A stretch of DNA of 64,000 bases from Nemertoderma westbladi (taxonomy: Eukaryota; Animalia; Xenacoelomorpha): NCBI GenBank assembly GCA_032718475.1, contig JAUCBJ010002721.1, positions 9,935 through 73,934 of the forward strand, in the 5' to 3' direction. The position numbers were made by a program, and so were the translations under genes. Of this stretch, positions 34,084 through 45,968 are shown one piece after another; the first letter of the stretch is position 1, and each line of letters opens with the position of its first letter. The notes below the pieces were generated by a model. The model did no database searches, was not told the origin of the DNA, and saw nothing but the letters and a program-made list of their open reading frames with translations.

Positions 34084-35326
34084 TTATAGAATATTAAATA
34101 AACCAATAATGATTAATAAAACATTAGGAACATCAGACATTAAGCAATATGACACAACCGAAAACAAAATTTAAATTCTTTACTTAAATCATATTTAAAC
34201 TTATTTATATTTCACAGAGACCAAATACAATAAGAAAATATTAGAGTAAAACAATTAGTAGAGCAAGTATGACGACAGACAGTCAGAATAAATAATATAA
34301 GAGTACCGCGTACGGTACCGGTAATGATTATTTCTGTATTTAATAATATATTGGGAAAAATGTAACGAGGTGCGTGCATAATAGGTCCCTATAGCAACAT
34401 TTTTGTTAACAAAATACTAAATAAATAATAATTTTGACAAGTTAACAAGGAATTAGACAAAATTTGTATCTACCTAGAGCTGAATTGTACACATACATGT
34501 TATCGACGAGATCAGGCATTTTGAATTTCCCGCCAAACCAGCCCAACCAATCAAATCAAAAATTATCTACTGTACGATAGAGCGCTCTAGTAAAAAAAAT
34601 ATATAATAGGCCGCCTAGACAATGGGGCGTATACTAAATAAAGTAGTGATCACTTCGGAGTGGCACATTCTCACGAAGAGACTACATACGCCCCATTGTC
34701 CCTTTAGGGTCTCCTTACTACAAACAAATAATGCACAACAAAAATATTAAAAAATATATTGATAAATAGGATAAAACTTATGTTGGATGGGGTGGGTTGG
34801 TAGCTGTGCATGTTTGTGACCCAGGTGGTACTACTAATCCTTCTACATAGGATATTACATATAAAAGCCCCAAGAGTATGCAATTAAAATGAACCGACCT
34901 TAACGAAGCTATCCATACTCAGTTTTCATAGTAAAATATCATAATATCATTGAGTTAAAATGTCAGAAAATTGATTTTTGGTAGCTTTATAAATAGGAAA
35001 AATACATTTTGTATTTTGTACTTTTCTTTGTATTTTTTATTAAAGAAAATTTAGCAACAAAACATTACCACTTTATGAATAAAATTCTATATTACATGCG
35101 AAAAATGTCATCATATATTTTCATTACTCTCTCGGATAACTCTTCCGCACGGTAAGTAAAATTCCTTGAAAATAGTAAAAAAAATTTACTTTTTTTCCAT
35201 GTACTAAATTATTATTATCATCTCACAAAGTGTTAACCGTAGAAAATCTTCCTTTAAATGCTTGATTAGCGTTACGTGCAATTTAATTTTAGCGCCAAAT
35301 AAATTATTATAACTATTTTGTTACAG

Positions 35327-35434
35327 ACGCGATTCTACCGGTGTTATTCCACCTTCACGGAAGACATCTGGTGGTTCAAATGTTACTACCAAGAAATCAT
35401 CCACCACCACCTCTGTATCAGGGAAAAACATTGG
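35327..35434 (+). CDS. PPP4R4: PPP4R4 exon (Ser/Thr/Lys-rich tail)
   Basis: ttacag acceptor and gtgagt donor; 108 nt, phase 2/2, open frame RDSTGVIPPSRK... Confidence 0.6.
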
Positions 35435-35510
35435 GTGAGTTACTATTGAAGTTATTAATTAGGAGTCCACCCACAAACATATGAGAAAACAAGATGGAAT
35501 GTAAGAAAGA

Positions 35511-35730
35511 GGGTTAGCTCAGTTGGTAGAGCGCCGGGCCTGCAATCTATTGGTAGTAGGTTCGGGATCTACCTGGGTCCAATCAGCCTTTGATACACTG
35601 ACGTCGACAAAATGAGGACCAGTTAAGTTAGTGGGAGCAAAATTTGGGAGTATCGCTCACCCCTAACTTGTGGTAGCAGCTATCGAAAGAGGAGCCCTCG
35701 GGTCGCCTCCGGATTCGGCCAACTTGCTTG
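35511..35730 (+). mobile_element. tRNA-derived SINE with Nin/Deu-like core
   Basis: A box TAGCTCAGTTGG, B box GGTTCG; core TCAGCCTTT...GTCGACAAAATGAGGACCAG; its 3' part recurs inverted at 42790-42920. Confidence 0.7.
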
Positions 35731-36064
35731 GTAAGTTAAGGGGGAAATTTAAACCTTATATTAACAATATATAACAATCATTTATTAACAATTATTAACA
35801 ATAGTTTGCAGGCGCATCCCTCAACCAACTGAGCTACCCACTCCTCTTTCCGTTCCCTTACACAACTAACAATAATTCAATAAACAACTACGCCAAGTTG
35901 GGATACACAGGGAAGCACAAATTAAGTAAATTATTTATAAGATAAATAAATAATAAGAACATCTGCTGAAAATAGGCTGTCGATGTGTAACTGTAAGATT
36001 TTTTTTTTTTTTAAATACTACCGTAAACAAGCCGACAATTATTTTACGAATTAATACTTTTCAG

Positions 36065-36077
36065 AAAACGGAGTTAA
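36065..36077 (+). CDS. PPP4R4: Probable last coding exon of PPP4R4 (GKRS-stop), followed by an AT-rich 3' UTR with AATAAA at about 36463 and 36529
   Basis: ttttcag acceptor, phase 2 fits, TAA at 36075-36077. Confidence 0.5.
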
Positions 36078-36536
36078 ATCGCAATAAGTTTGTCAGTCGG
36101 AACTTGTGGCGTCGCAATACGAAGCAATGACCAGATTATTGTAGGGGAGCAGTTGTTAATGAGATCAAGCTACTTACTATACACAAACAGCCATGGAAGG
36201 CGGCAATAATTATAGTTGTTTGGACTGAGAATACAATGTGTGACTCATTAGTTCCGATTTAATGAACTGAACAAAAAAAAAATTTATTTTAGTTTGTAAC
36301 TTTTGTTCATTTCGCCAATTTATTACTTAGTGCTGTACTTTTATTCCAATAATTTAGAATTTGGTTTGTAAATATATGGCTAGTTAGATTTACCTTTGTA
36401 AATAATGTATATATTTGTACAGACTGTATATATTGATGAATTAATTATTTACTTCCCTTTGTAATAAATATGTAGACTTAATTTATTACTTATTTACCTT
36501 CGGTATACATTATTTTAGATTTATAGTAAATAAATT

Positions 36537-38159
36537 CACCATGACCCGTAATATTGTGTCATTATCTGATGACACGGATCCCCCCCCCCCCAAATTTTTC
36601 TACAAATCTTTATCATATTGTTTGAAATTTGAAACACAATTAGTTCAACTCACCGTGGTTGTTACCATGAAGCCGGAATTTTCGATTTAGCCTTTAAATT
36701 TTATTTATAAGCGTTTTAAAAAAGTGTCTTTTGCGAAATCGCACCCTCTGTATCATTGCCATTCTTCACATTAGTCGTAATTTTTTCATATCAATAGAAA
36801 GCTTGCGTTGCAAGGATTCCAAATATGTAACAATATCTGAATTTCGTTGAGAAACAGCTGAGAAATAGGCGTTCAAAGATTGCAAGAATTATTGTTCGCT
36901 GCGGGCCATTTATTCTATTTAATAAATACACAAAATTCTAGAACGTGTTATTTATTTTATGAGTTGATTGAAGGGTTTGCGTCCATAATTATTTGATGAG
37001 ATTGCTTGTTGATAACATAATATAGCCACGGTGCCCTAGTGCAACTGCTGCATCTCATACTTATAAAACGGAAAACATAATTATTTTTGACTCATTCCAT
37101 TATTTTAACTTATTCTATCTGACTGTTGATAATTACTTTATTTAAAAAATAAAAACAAAAAGCATTTATTAAAAAAAACATGACAATATATTCAAAAGCT
37201 AAAACCAAAAACTAAAAGCCAAAAGGGGGCGGGGGAATAAGAGTTATAAGGGGGAGGGGAGATGGGATAGAGGGAGTGGGGAACGCAAGTGGAGGAGCCT
37301 AGGAGACGAGATCCAACAGACCCTCGTCCGTGGACCTAATCGATCCTAAGATCGAAGCGGCATTGCCGATCTGAATGGCAATGAGGAGCCTCTGTAGGAG
37401 GAATCGGTGCGACCGCGGCTCGTTGGTGACACTACGTATACGGTCGCCGATCTCCTTCAGGAAACTGCGAGTGGAAGAACCCGGACAGCCGTAGGTCTCA
37501 TTGCTGACTCATCACTGCTTTTATGAGTTGGTAGGTAACAGCGGAATGCCTATACGATATCTATATTGCATAGCTAATCATACATAAACAAATTTTTGTC
37601 AATTGTTGGTGTATAATTACTGTAAAAAATTTACGTTAAAAATTAACATTAAAGAAATTCAAATTTAAAATCAACATTTCAACAATCATATTTCATACAG
37701 TAATTATTAAATGAAAAAATTAAATTAAATAAATAATAAACAAATTGTTCCAGAATTTTGTGTATTTATTAAATAGAATAAATGGCCTGCAGTGAACAAT
37801 AATTCTTGCATTCTTTGAGTGCCTATTTCTCAGCTGTTTCTCAACGAAATTCAGATATTGTTACATATTTGGAATCCTTGCAACGCAAGCTTTCTATTGA
37901 TGTGAAAAAATTACGACTAAAGTGAAGAATGGCAATGATACAGAGGGTGCGATTTCGCAAAAGACACTTTTTTAAAACGCTTATAAATAAAATTTAAAGG
38001 CGAAATCGAAAATTCCGGCTTCATGGTAACAACCACGGTGAGTTGAACTAGTTGTGTTTCAAATTTCAAACAATATGATAAAGATTTGTAGAAAAAATTG
38101 GGGGGGGGGGGGGGGGGGGGTCCGTGTCATCAGATGACACTATATTACGGGTCATGGTG
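36537..38159. mobile_element. Non-autonomous foldback/TIR element with ~410-bp inverted repeats
   Basis: CACCATGACCCGTAATAT.. and ..ATATTACGGGTCATGGTG; 36537-36945 is the reverse complement of about 37750-38159. Confidence 0.88.
37279..37502 (-). mobile_element. 3' fragment of a CRE-like (restriction-like endonuclease) non-LTR retrotransposon
   Basis: ETYGCPGSSTRSFLKEIGDRIRSVTNEPRSHRFLLQRLLIAIQIGNAASILGSI...stop, resembling the ETLG.WG...QRISIAIQRGNAASILG C-terminus. Confidence 0.7.
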
Positions 38160-39552
38160 TAATACGACAATATTATTAATTAATTATAATTGGAAATAGC
38201 TCGGGTAGTGACTTATTTTATATTTTTTAATTCATTGTCGACTCTCGGATTGTTAAAAGACCTTACCAGACCACATCTAGTTATGTTTCGCGCCAACCAA
38301 TCACGATGCTAATCTTAGTACGCCGGGAGTGCCATTACGTTCTACCTCGCTTTTATTCCTATCATTTTATTAATTTTATTTAGCGTCCTTCTTTCCTATT
38401 CCTTTCCTAGTTGTACAGGGGGGGGGGGGGTCAGCAATAAGTTGAGGAACACACTCAGAAACATTGCGAAACAAAAGTTCATGTGTGTCTATGTCTGGAA
38501 ATGTATTAGGGAAAGACCAAGTCGGCAACTTCCCTGACCACTGTCCGATACTGGCTAACATACATATCCCAAATGACGTGTTACGGACTCACCATGCGGT
38601 AGGTTAGGTAGAATCATTCTGCTTTATACATTATTCACTATGTAAACTGAAAGTATTCAGCTCCTTTTAGTCTGACAATTGTCCATCGACAGTACATTCG
38701 AACGTATTCATTCATACATCATCCTACTGTACGACATTCTTCATTGCGCCCGTTTAATCCTGTCTCTTACGCCTAATACTCACATTTCTGGGCCGAAAGG
38801 GCCAAACGGCATATATCACGGATGACAGAAGTTACTGACCAAGATGGTATAGTATGATACACTCGAAGTTCGCCAAGATTTCATGAAACGAGTGAGCGAA
38901 TGATGGATTGTGATACAAAAAAATCGTCCGTTAGGCCAGGGATTACCCACAAAGTCTCAATAATTATTTCCAGTGCGGTCCCCCAAGACCTATTATACTC
39001 CCCAGAGGAAACTCAGTACTCATTTAGCTACCATTTAGTTACCAGTGTACAATATTAATTCGCAGTAATTTCAACCTACCACCATGTTAATAAAAAGTTT
39101 GTGATATAAATGTAGTTAGTTAATACCTTAAACGTATAATGGTAAAAAAAAGAGATTTAAAATACAGACATATCAATATTTAACAAAGCATAAATTATTA
39201 CAATAATAATATAATATAAGTTTAGTTCGAATGGTTAGTTGTTGTTTGTTGGCTAATATAATAATACTTAATATAAATTAAATTATCGCTAAAACTAACT
39301 CATTTATTTATACGACAAACAGCCAGGCAATGGCGGGAAATTTAAAATTAATAGCCTTTTTTTAAGAATGTAACGCTACAATAATTAGTTTCAATATTAG
39401 TTTCAATGGGAGCACGTTTAATATTATCTGTTCATCTGCATCAATGGAGCCCCTCAACAGGGTAGCTATTGTACCTCGCTGGTTGTCAACCAATCGCGAT
39501 TGAGTGCCGATTGAGATAACCAATCAGGATTTAACAATCAGGCTTCATCCGA

Positions 39553-39617
39553 TCACGATTCTTTTAGAATATCTCCTGGATCTTGTACAATGTTACGCCT
39601 CAATGTTCTTCTTGATT
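39553..39617 (-). CDS. SMOC: SMOC probable last coding exon
   Basis: ttctag acceptor, phase 1, ESRRTLRRNIVQDPGDILKES-stop. Confidence 0.55.
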
Positions 39618-40911
39618 CTAGAATAAATTGTAATAATTATTTCGATAATATTGTAAAGTTAAAATTAAATCGCATTCAATATTATCTTCTTTCTTTTTAA
39701 GCAACCGCACCAGGAAGGCTACATGATTCCATAATGCCAAGTCGTAATCTAAGAAATTCCACTAAATTTCATAGATTGCTGCGAAGTAGGTTTCAGATAC
39801 ATGACAGTTAAAAAATTATAAAGACCTATACAATAGCTTACCAGGCTCGGGAGCTCATCAAAAATATTGACTTACACGTTGGTGGGGCCTTCGCGCAGCA
39901 CGAGGCGGGGTTATGAGATGCATATTACAATTGAGCGATTCTATCACAAAATCGGTATTTAATAAATTCAACCAAACCGCCAAAAAATTTAATAATAGTT
40001 TAAAGTTTCTCCCCATCAACCCCCCTCTTGATGCTGCCCAACCCAAAGCCGCACAGAGGATTGATGACAGGCAGGTTTTGACAGATAATTTTTTTTAAGT
40101 AAGATATTTCAGCGGAGGCGACACAATTTGTAAGAAATATTAAAACTTATTTTATGATGATGTAGTATTGATACTGAAATATCATTAAATTAATTGACCA
40201 TGTCAATCCCACAACGAAATTACTTGGCTAATTATAAAGAGTAATTACCATTAAATACACAAGCCAATAATTTTGCGAAATAAACAATAAGCACAAGGTG
40301 TCTGGCAAAAAGGTGTCTGGCTCCTTTCGCTGCCTGTAATTACTCCCCACCCCACCCCACCCCGAGCTATTACTCAAATATTTGAGTTGGGATAGCATAG
40401 GCAATAGCAAGAACGTCATGGAATAATCCATACATACTTATATGGGGAGATGGAAGTAGCTGAGCTGGCGAGAAGCATTTTAATAAGTTAATAATGTTTA
40501 GATCAATTAAAACCACATTTCCTAAAGCAAATCACTTGAACTAATTAAAAACTATAATGGAATTGGATTTGGAGATTACAGCTGTGTAATTTTTAAGTAT
40601 AATTATTTAAATCTTATATCTTATCCTAATTATAATTACTTTCCATGAAAGGTCAGGCTGAAGATGCTGTTTTTTACCGTAATCAACTTAATTAACTAAT
40701 TAACTGCTTTTATCTTAGCTTCTCGAAGGCCACACGTAAATTCTACTTGGAAAATATACAAATTTTTGCCGAACAACATGTGTTATGTGTACCAAGTTTG
40801 GTTAGATTTATCGAAGATTGGCTGAGTTATTAACGTTCAAATATTGGACGCGACAGAACAACAGACACACTTTGCTTACTTTCGTGGCTCGCCTCACAAG
40901 AAGAAAAACAA

Positions 40912-41061
40912 GCGTTAGACTTCCCAGTTCACTATAACCTATCGCATACCGGTACCAGTAACCAGTAGCAACAGTGTAAGACCTCCCAGTTCACTATAAC
41001 CTATCGCATACCGGTACCAGTTAACCAGTAGCAACAGTGTTAGACTGCCCAGTTCACTAAC
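40912..41061. repeat. Two diverged ~62-bp copies of a SMOC exon end plus donor
   Basis: CCCAGTTCACTA(TA)ACCTATCGCATACC occurs 3 times; the third is the real junction. Confidence 0.8.
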
Positions 41062-41294
41062 CTATCGCATACCAGTAACATTTTGACCATTCTTCGTGCG
41101 TTATAACATTGTTCCCATCCATGTCGCAGTAGCTAGTGAACCCCCTGGCACACTTCCTAGGTGTCAGTGTATTCGCAATCTCTCTTTTTAACATTTTGGT
41201 TTCTTTACGACTCAGGATTCCATCATTGTCTGTGTCCAACGAATGGAACTTCCAAAGACTTCCGGCTTCAAATTCCAGCCTAATTTCTGTCGCA
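41062..41294 (-). CDS. SMOC: SMOC exon: second EC domain (EF-hand pair)
   Basis: WKFHSLDTDNDGILSRKE...KCARGFTSYCDMDGNNVITHEEWSKC; phase 2/1. Confidence 0.9.
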
Positions 41295-41640
41295 CTGTAA
41301 AATATAAATGCGATATTAACGATACTAATAAATAGTATATTGTCCCTTTTCCATTTATATATTCCAGTTAATTAGTCCCTTTTCCATTTATTTAAAGCTG
41401 TCTACGCCATTATATGGAGTTACAATTGACCTTTATTTAATTTGTTTAAATATTTAAATAGGGGCTTGAATCACGTTTCGACCCCAGACAGGTCGCTTTC
41501 TCAAGAGGCCGTGCCGGAAAATGGAAAAGCAGCACTCCAAACTTGCTCCAATCGCGTATTAACCAGCTGGCGTGTGTAACACATGTCAAGCTTTGGTATA
41601 ACGGTCAGTATTAGTCAACATTTGAATTTAATTGACGTAC

Positions 41641-41871
41641 TTTTGTTTGAGCGTTGTTTCGTCGTCCATTTGGTTTGCTTGCGACACATTGGCGGCTATT
41701 AATTGGCCTCTAATAAACCGTTCGAGCTCCACCATGAACTCGGACGCCTTCTCCAAGGGGCAGTCCAACCAATGTTTCTTCACGATGTCCCTACAATCAG
41801 GGTCTGGGTCTGTCAACGAGTCTTTCTTGACCGCCGTATTCGATATTGGGATACCAACTTTATTGACACAC
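41641..41871 (-). CDS. SMOC: SMOC exon: second half of thyroglobulin-1 domain 2 and start of EC2
   Basis: (W)CVNKVGIPISNT...PDC...WLDCP.EK..EF; phase 2/2. Confidence 0.85.
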
Positions 41872-41934
41872 CTAAATTAAATAACAAAAAAGTATTACAG
41901 CAAAGTAAATTTTTATTTGGGCGGATTACGTTTA

Positions 41935-42120
41935 AAGTCTTACGACCTATTTCCAGTGCGGTCCCTCCATAACTATATTTTCCCTACGAAACTCCAGCAT
42001 TCATTTAGCAAGGCAGATGATGCAAGGCAGAGATGCGCCCTGGCTGGTCACTTTAGAGCATTCATACCTAAATGAAAATTGCCCTGGCACCCATGCGGGA
42101 TCGAACCCACGACCTCATGA
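41935..42120 (-). mobile_element. tRNA-derived SINE (family copies also at ~38930-39030 on - and 46255-46430 on +)
   Basis: B box GTGGGTTCGATCCC and a shared GGGGACCGCACTGGAAATA motif in three copies. Confidence 0.6.
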
Positions 42121-42312
42121 GAGAGGTGAATTTAAGGCAACGGATTTAGCCAATTCCCAATTGATCAATATTGAGTAATCCCATCCCTCTTGGAATAGAT
42201 TATTTAATCTATTCCAAGGCAAGGAGGGATGGGATTAGTAAGGTAATGTTAAGGGAACAAGGCTGTATATAAAGGGAAAGAGACAACAGATGAAACATTA
42301 AGAGTTACTAAC

Positions 42313-42454
42313 CAGCAGTAGAGAGTTTCTTCGTGACATTGTACTGTCTTAAACTTTCCTTCTGATGTACATTGTGGAATAAATGTTTCCGTTTCCGGAA
42401 AGTCTTTCTTCGTATTGAGTTGGCGTTCGCGTTCTTCTAAGCAATTCAATGGCT
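42313..42454 (-). CDS. SMOC: SMOC exon: first half of thyroglobulin-1 domain 2
   Basis: EPLNCLEER...FIPQCTSEGKFKTVQCHEETLYCW; phase 1/2. Confidence 0.9.
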
Positions 42455-42576
42455 CTGCAATAATGTGTTCGAATTTTAAGTTACGGTTACGTCTATAACA
42501 ATGCAACCTATTGCATTGCATTAATTATAAACTGTAAAGTGTTGTATTATTATACACAATTATACACAAATCCCAT

Positions 42577-42785
42577 CTTGGCGAATTAATATCCCGCCTC
42601 AATGTAAATTCTCAATTTAGGGAAAGGAGCATGTTACAGTGGCACGTTATTTTAACCAAAACAATAAACTAAACAATAGAACAGGTTACAGTTTTATCTT
42701 TGAGAGTAATCAGCTGTTATTTGCGTCGAATTCCCCTGGAGAGGGATTAATTTTTATTGCGTCCAGTTTCCCCGACCATCTGGCA
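42577..42785. repeat. Dispersed ~210-bp repeat, second copy at about 50086-50290
   Basis: CTTGG.GAATTAATATCCCGCCTCAATG...TGCGTCCAGTTTCCCC is shared. Confidence 0.8.
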
Positions 42786-43058
42786 AATAAGCAAGCAAAC
42801 AGTCGGCCGAAGCCGGAGGCGACCCGAAGGCTCCTCTTTCGATAGCTGCTACCCGAGGGTAGGGGTGGGCGCTATTCCTATCCCAAGCAAGATTTGCTCC
42901 CAGTTATTTAACTGGTACTCATGTACATCTGGCAAATAGTTGCTACAAAATATAACAAATTTGAATTTAGAAGTTTAATGATAAAAAATGAGAGCTATGT
43001 TTTAGGTGAGTTTCTTTATTTTTACAAAATACCATAGTAACAGATAGATGCAGCTTAC

Positions 43059-43166
43059 CTCCGACCACAATTGGTCTAGCTGATACACCGTTCTCGCCCA
43101 ATAAGGAGTTATCAGTAGTAGGTCGGATAGCAGACTGACCCCACCCCCTTTCTTCTCGTATAGAAT
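43059..43166 (-). CDS. SMOC: SMOC linker exon (possibly a cassette exon)
   Basis: ctacag acceptor and gtaagc donor; 108 nt, phase 1/1, open frame DSIREERGWGQSAIRP... Confidence 0.55.
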
Positions 43167-45142
43167 CTGTAGTTGCTGTAATAAATAGTATATTATGTTA
43201 AAATTTACCGATTTCAATAACTCAAACATTAAACTTCATACCATACATACATTTTTTCGAGCTGTCTGCCAATTAATATTATTCCGATACTAATATTAAT
43301 CAGCTGTTATTATTGTACTGTTACTACCGCACAGTTTAGAGCTCTCACTTGGGGATTTTACTTTGAATAACCGCAATTAGGTAGAACATTGTCAAACTAA
43401 ATCAAACAAAATGAAATCGAATTACCAGAATTGTTACTCTCAATGCCTTGAACAATAGTAGGAATTACTTGCGCTTCGCATAGGTTATTAATATTAATGT
43501 TGACTTCCCATTGCACACGACAGTACAATATGAACTCATGGGTTGTATATTCAATTAATTACCACATAACGTGAACAATAGTGCAAGGAGGTTTGGTCAC
43601 CTTAACTCAGTGTGTTCATTCATACATTGTAAGTAAAATCAACAACGTCAGAATACAATACTCAAAAGAAATAATCAATTTATTAGCTTTTATAAATGTA
43701 AGTTTCGTGTCACGAAAGTTAAATATTATTAACGACTCGGTATTATTCGCATGGGAGTCTCGGTTTAGGAATATCCGACAATAATAATGATGCAATATCA
43801 GCTTTATATCTGTTTAAAATATATTTGGAATAACAACATAAACAAAAGCAGATGAAAAGGTTTCATATAAAAATACATAAAATCATAAATAAAAGATTAG
43901 ATATGGAACTGAATGATAAACTGAACCCAGAAGGATTTGGTTGAAAGAAATTGGGGCAGATTGCAGAAGTTCATAAGAGAGAGAGAGTAGAGTAGATAGG
44001 TGAACTAGTTAGTTTAGGAGAATGATAAAAATCGATAACTAATCAAATAGTATACAATAGCTCTGAGATAAGGTGGAGTTGGATTAGTTCGATATCGTAG
44101 TATTGCCATATACTGTAGGCCTACTAACAGTTTATACACAGCCGAGCATAGCCCTAACTAATAATATACAATATCAGTAAGCTGCTGTCTGTTGCACACT
44201 TAAAGGAAAATATTATTATATAGTTTTCTATAAAACTTGTTCGTTTTCATTCATGTAGCACTCTCTAAACCAACAATGAATAGATATACTTCACTAAACA
44301 CACACAATATTGTAATCCTACAATTTATTCAAGTACAGTAAAGCAAAGTGTTGATCTATAAACTAATATCAGAAAGTATTTGAGTTATTTTTGTCATATA
44401 TCGGTATTCTACTGTATATCCATCCACACACACACCCATTACTTTACACAAAATATACTGAGGTTCCTCTATAAGTTCACCCAGTTTCGATGTAGGCCTA
44501 CAGTATAAAAATTAATGTATATTGAGACATCAGTAAAGTCATTAGCTGTTAATTAAAAGTTTATGTTAGTGATAATTAAGAAATATTAAAAAAATTACAT
44601 CAGTCCAAGAAAATCACACAGTATAAATTGATTCTGACTCTTCGCCTTTGCCTATGCAATTTTTTTTTGCGCCAAACCCTTTTTCGCAGGAAGTCAGCCT
44701 CCCTGTAGTACAAATACATAGGTTTACAGTATAATGTTCCAATTTAGGTATAAATTATATCGAGCATAAATAGAAATGTATGAAAAACCGTCAGAGTGAT
44801 TAAGCAGGAAATATGTATCTCGAGATGTGAACAAACCAGGAGGGGTATTGAGGATGACTCCGGGATTGGTGAATGCTGAAATATAATTATTGAATATAAT
44901 AATTAGCAGTAATAAACAAAAAGTTATACGCATTTTCTTGCGACACTAATAAAATACATTTATTAGCTAGTATTTTGCCTAGGCCTTTGTACAGTAAATT
45001 AATTATCCGTGGTTACACGGATAAGCTTTCGAAAAAGATCTGAATAGTGTTCGAATAAGTAACCAATCATTCCCATATGGCATTACTAATTAATTCATCT
45101 GTTCAGCTTATTACTATGTAACAGTTCATGGTTCATATAACC

Positions 45143-45623
45143 AGACAGAACAACCATTCCCAGCACTAACCGACACCCAGACAGAGCAACCATTCCCCAA
45201 TACTAACCGACACCCAGACTTAGCATCAACCATTCCACAACACTAACCGACACACAGACAGAGCAACCATTCCCCAACTCTAACCGACACCCAGACAGAG
45301 CAACCATTCCCCAATACTAACCGACACCCAGACTTAGCATCAACCATTCCACAACACTAACCGACACACAGACAGAGCAACCATTCCCCAACTCTAACCG
45401 ACACCCAGACAGAGCAACCATTCCCCAACACTAACCGACACCCAGACAGAGCAACCATTCCCCAATACTAACCGACACCCAGACAAAGCAACCATTCCCC
45501 AACACTAACCGACACCCAGACAGAGCAACCATTCCCCAATACTAACGGATACCCAGACTTAGCATCAACCATTCCCCAACACTAACCGACACCCAGACAG
45601 AGCAACCATTCCACAACACTAAC
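45143..45623. repeat. 39/43-bp tandem repeat made of a SMOC exon end plus donor, about 12 copies
   Basis: CAGACAGAGCAACCATTCCCCAACACTAACCGACACC matches the junction at 45618-45648. Confidence 0.95.
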
Positions 45624-45968
45624 CGACACCCAGACAGAGCAACCATTCCCCTTGCGACACGAAGTTGTCCCTATCGAAGTCGCAATCGTTAGTAAACTCC
45701 TTGGCGCACTTCCGTGGCCGCGCGGCCTTCTTCATTAGTCTCCGTATGGTCCGGAGCTCCGCCTTGTTCAAGAAGGACTCCCCGTTGAGATCGAGTTGCT
45801 CGAACTTCCAGGCCGCCACGTCTCTGCTTGAAACAACCGGTGAGCTCGGATGCTGTGGGTGCTGCCGGATATAGTCGAGTCGGAACATGTTGATAACGTT
45901 GGTTCGGAATCTCGCGCGTTCCGGGGCGTTGCACTGGTTCCGGCTGGTTCGCGAAGGCAGTTTCTCTT
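45624..45968 (-). CDS. SMOC: SMOC exon: first EC domain
   Basis: C...ERARFRTNVINMF...WKFEQLDLNGESFLNKAE...RKCAKEFTNDCDFDRDNFVSQGEWLLCL; phase 1/1. Confidence 0.9.

Noticed and set aside
35511-35585. tRNA gene (GCA or TGC anticodon-like)
   Set aside because: The acceptor and T stems are poor and it continues into a SINE core and tail.
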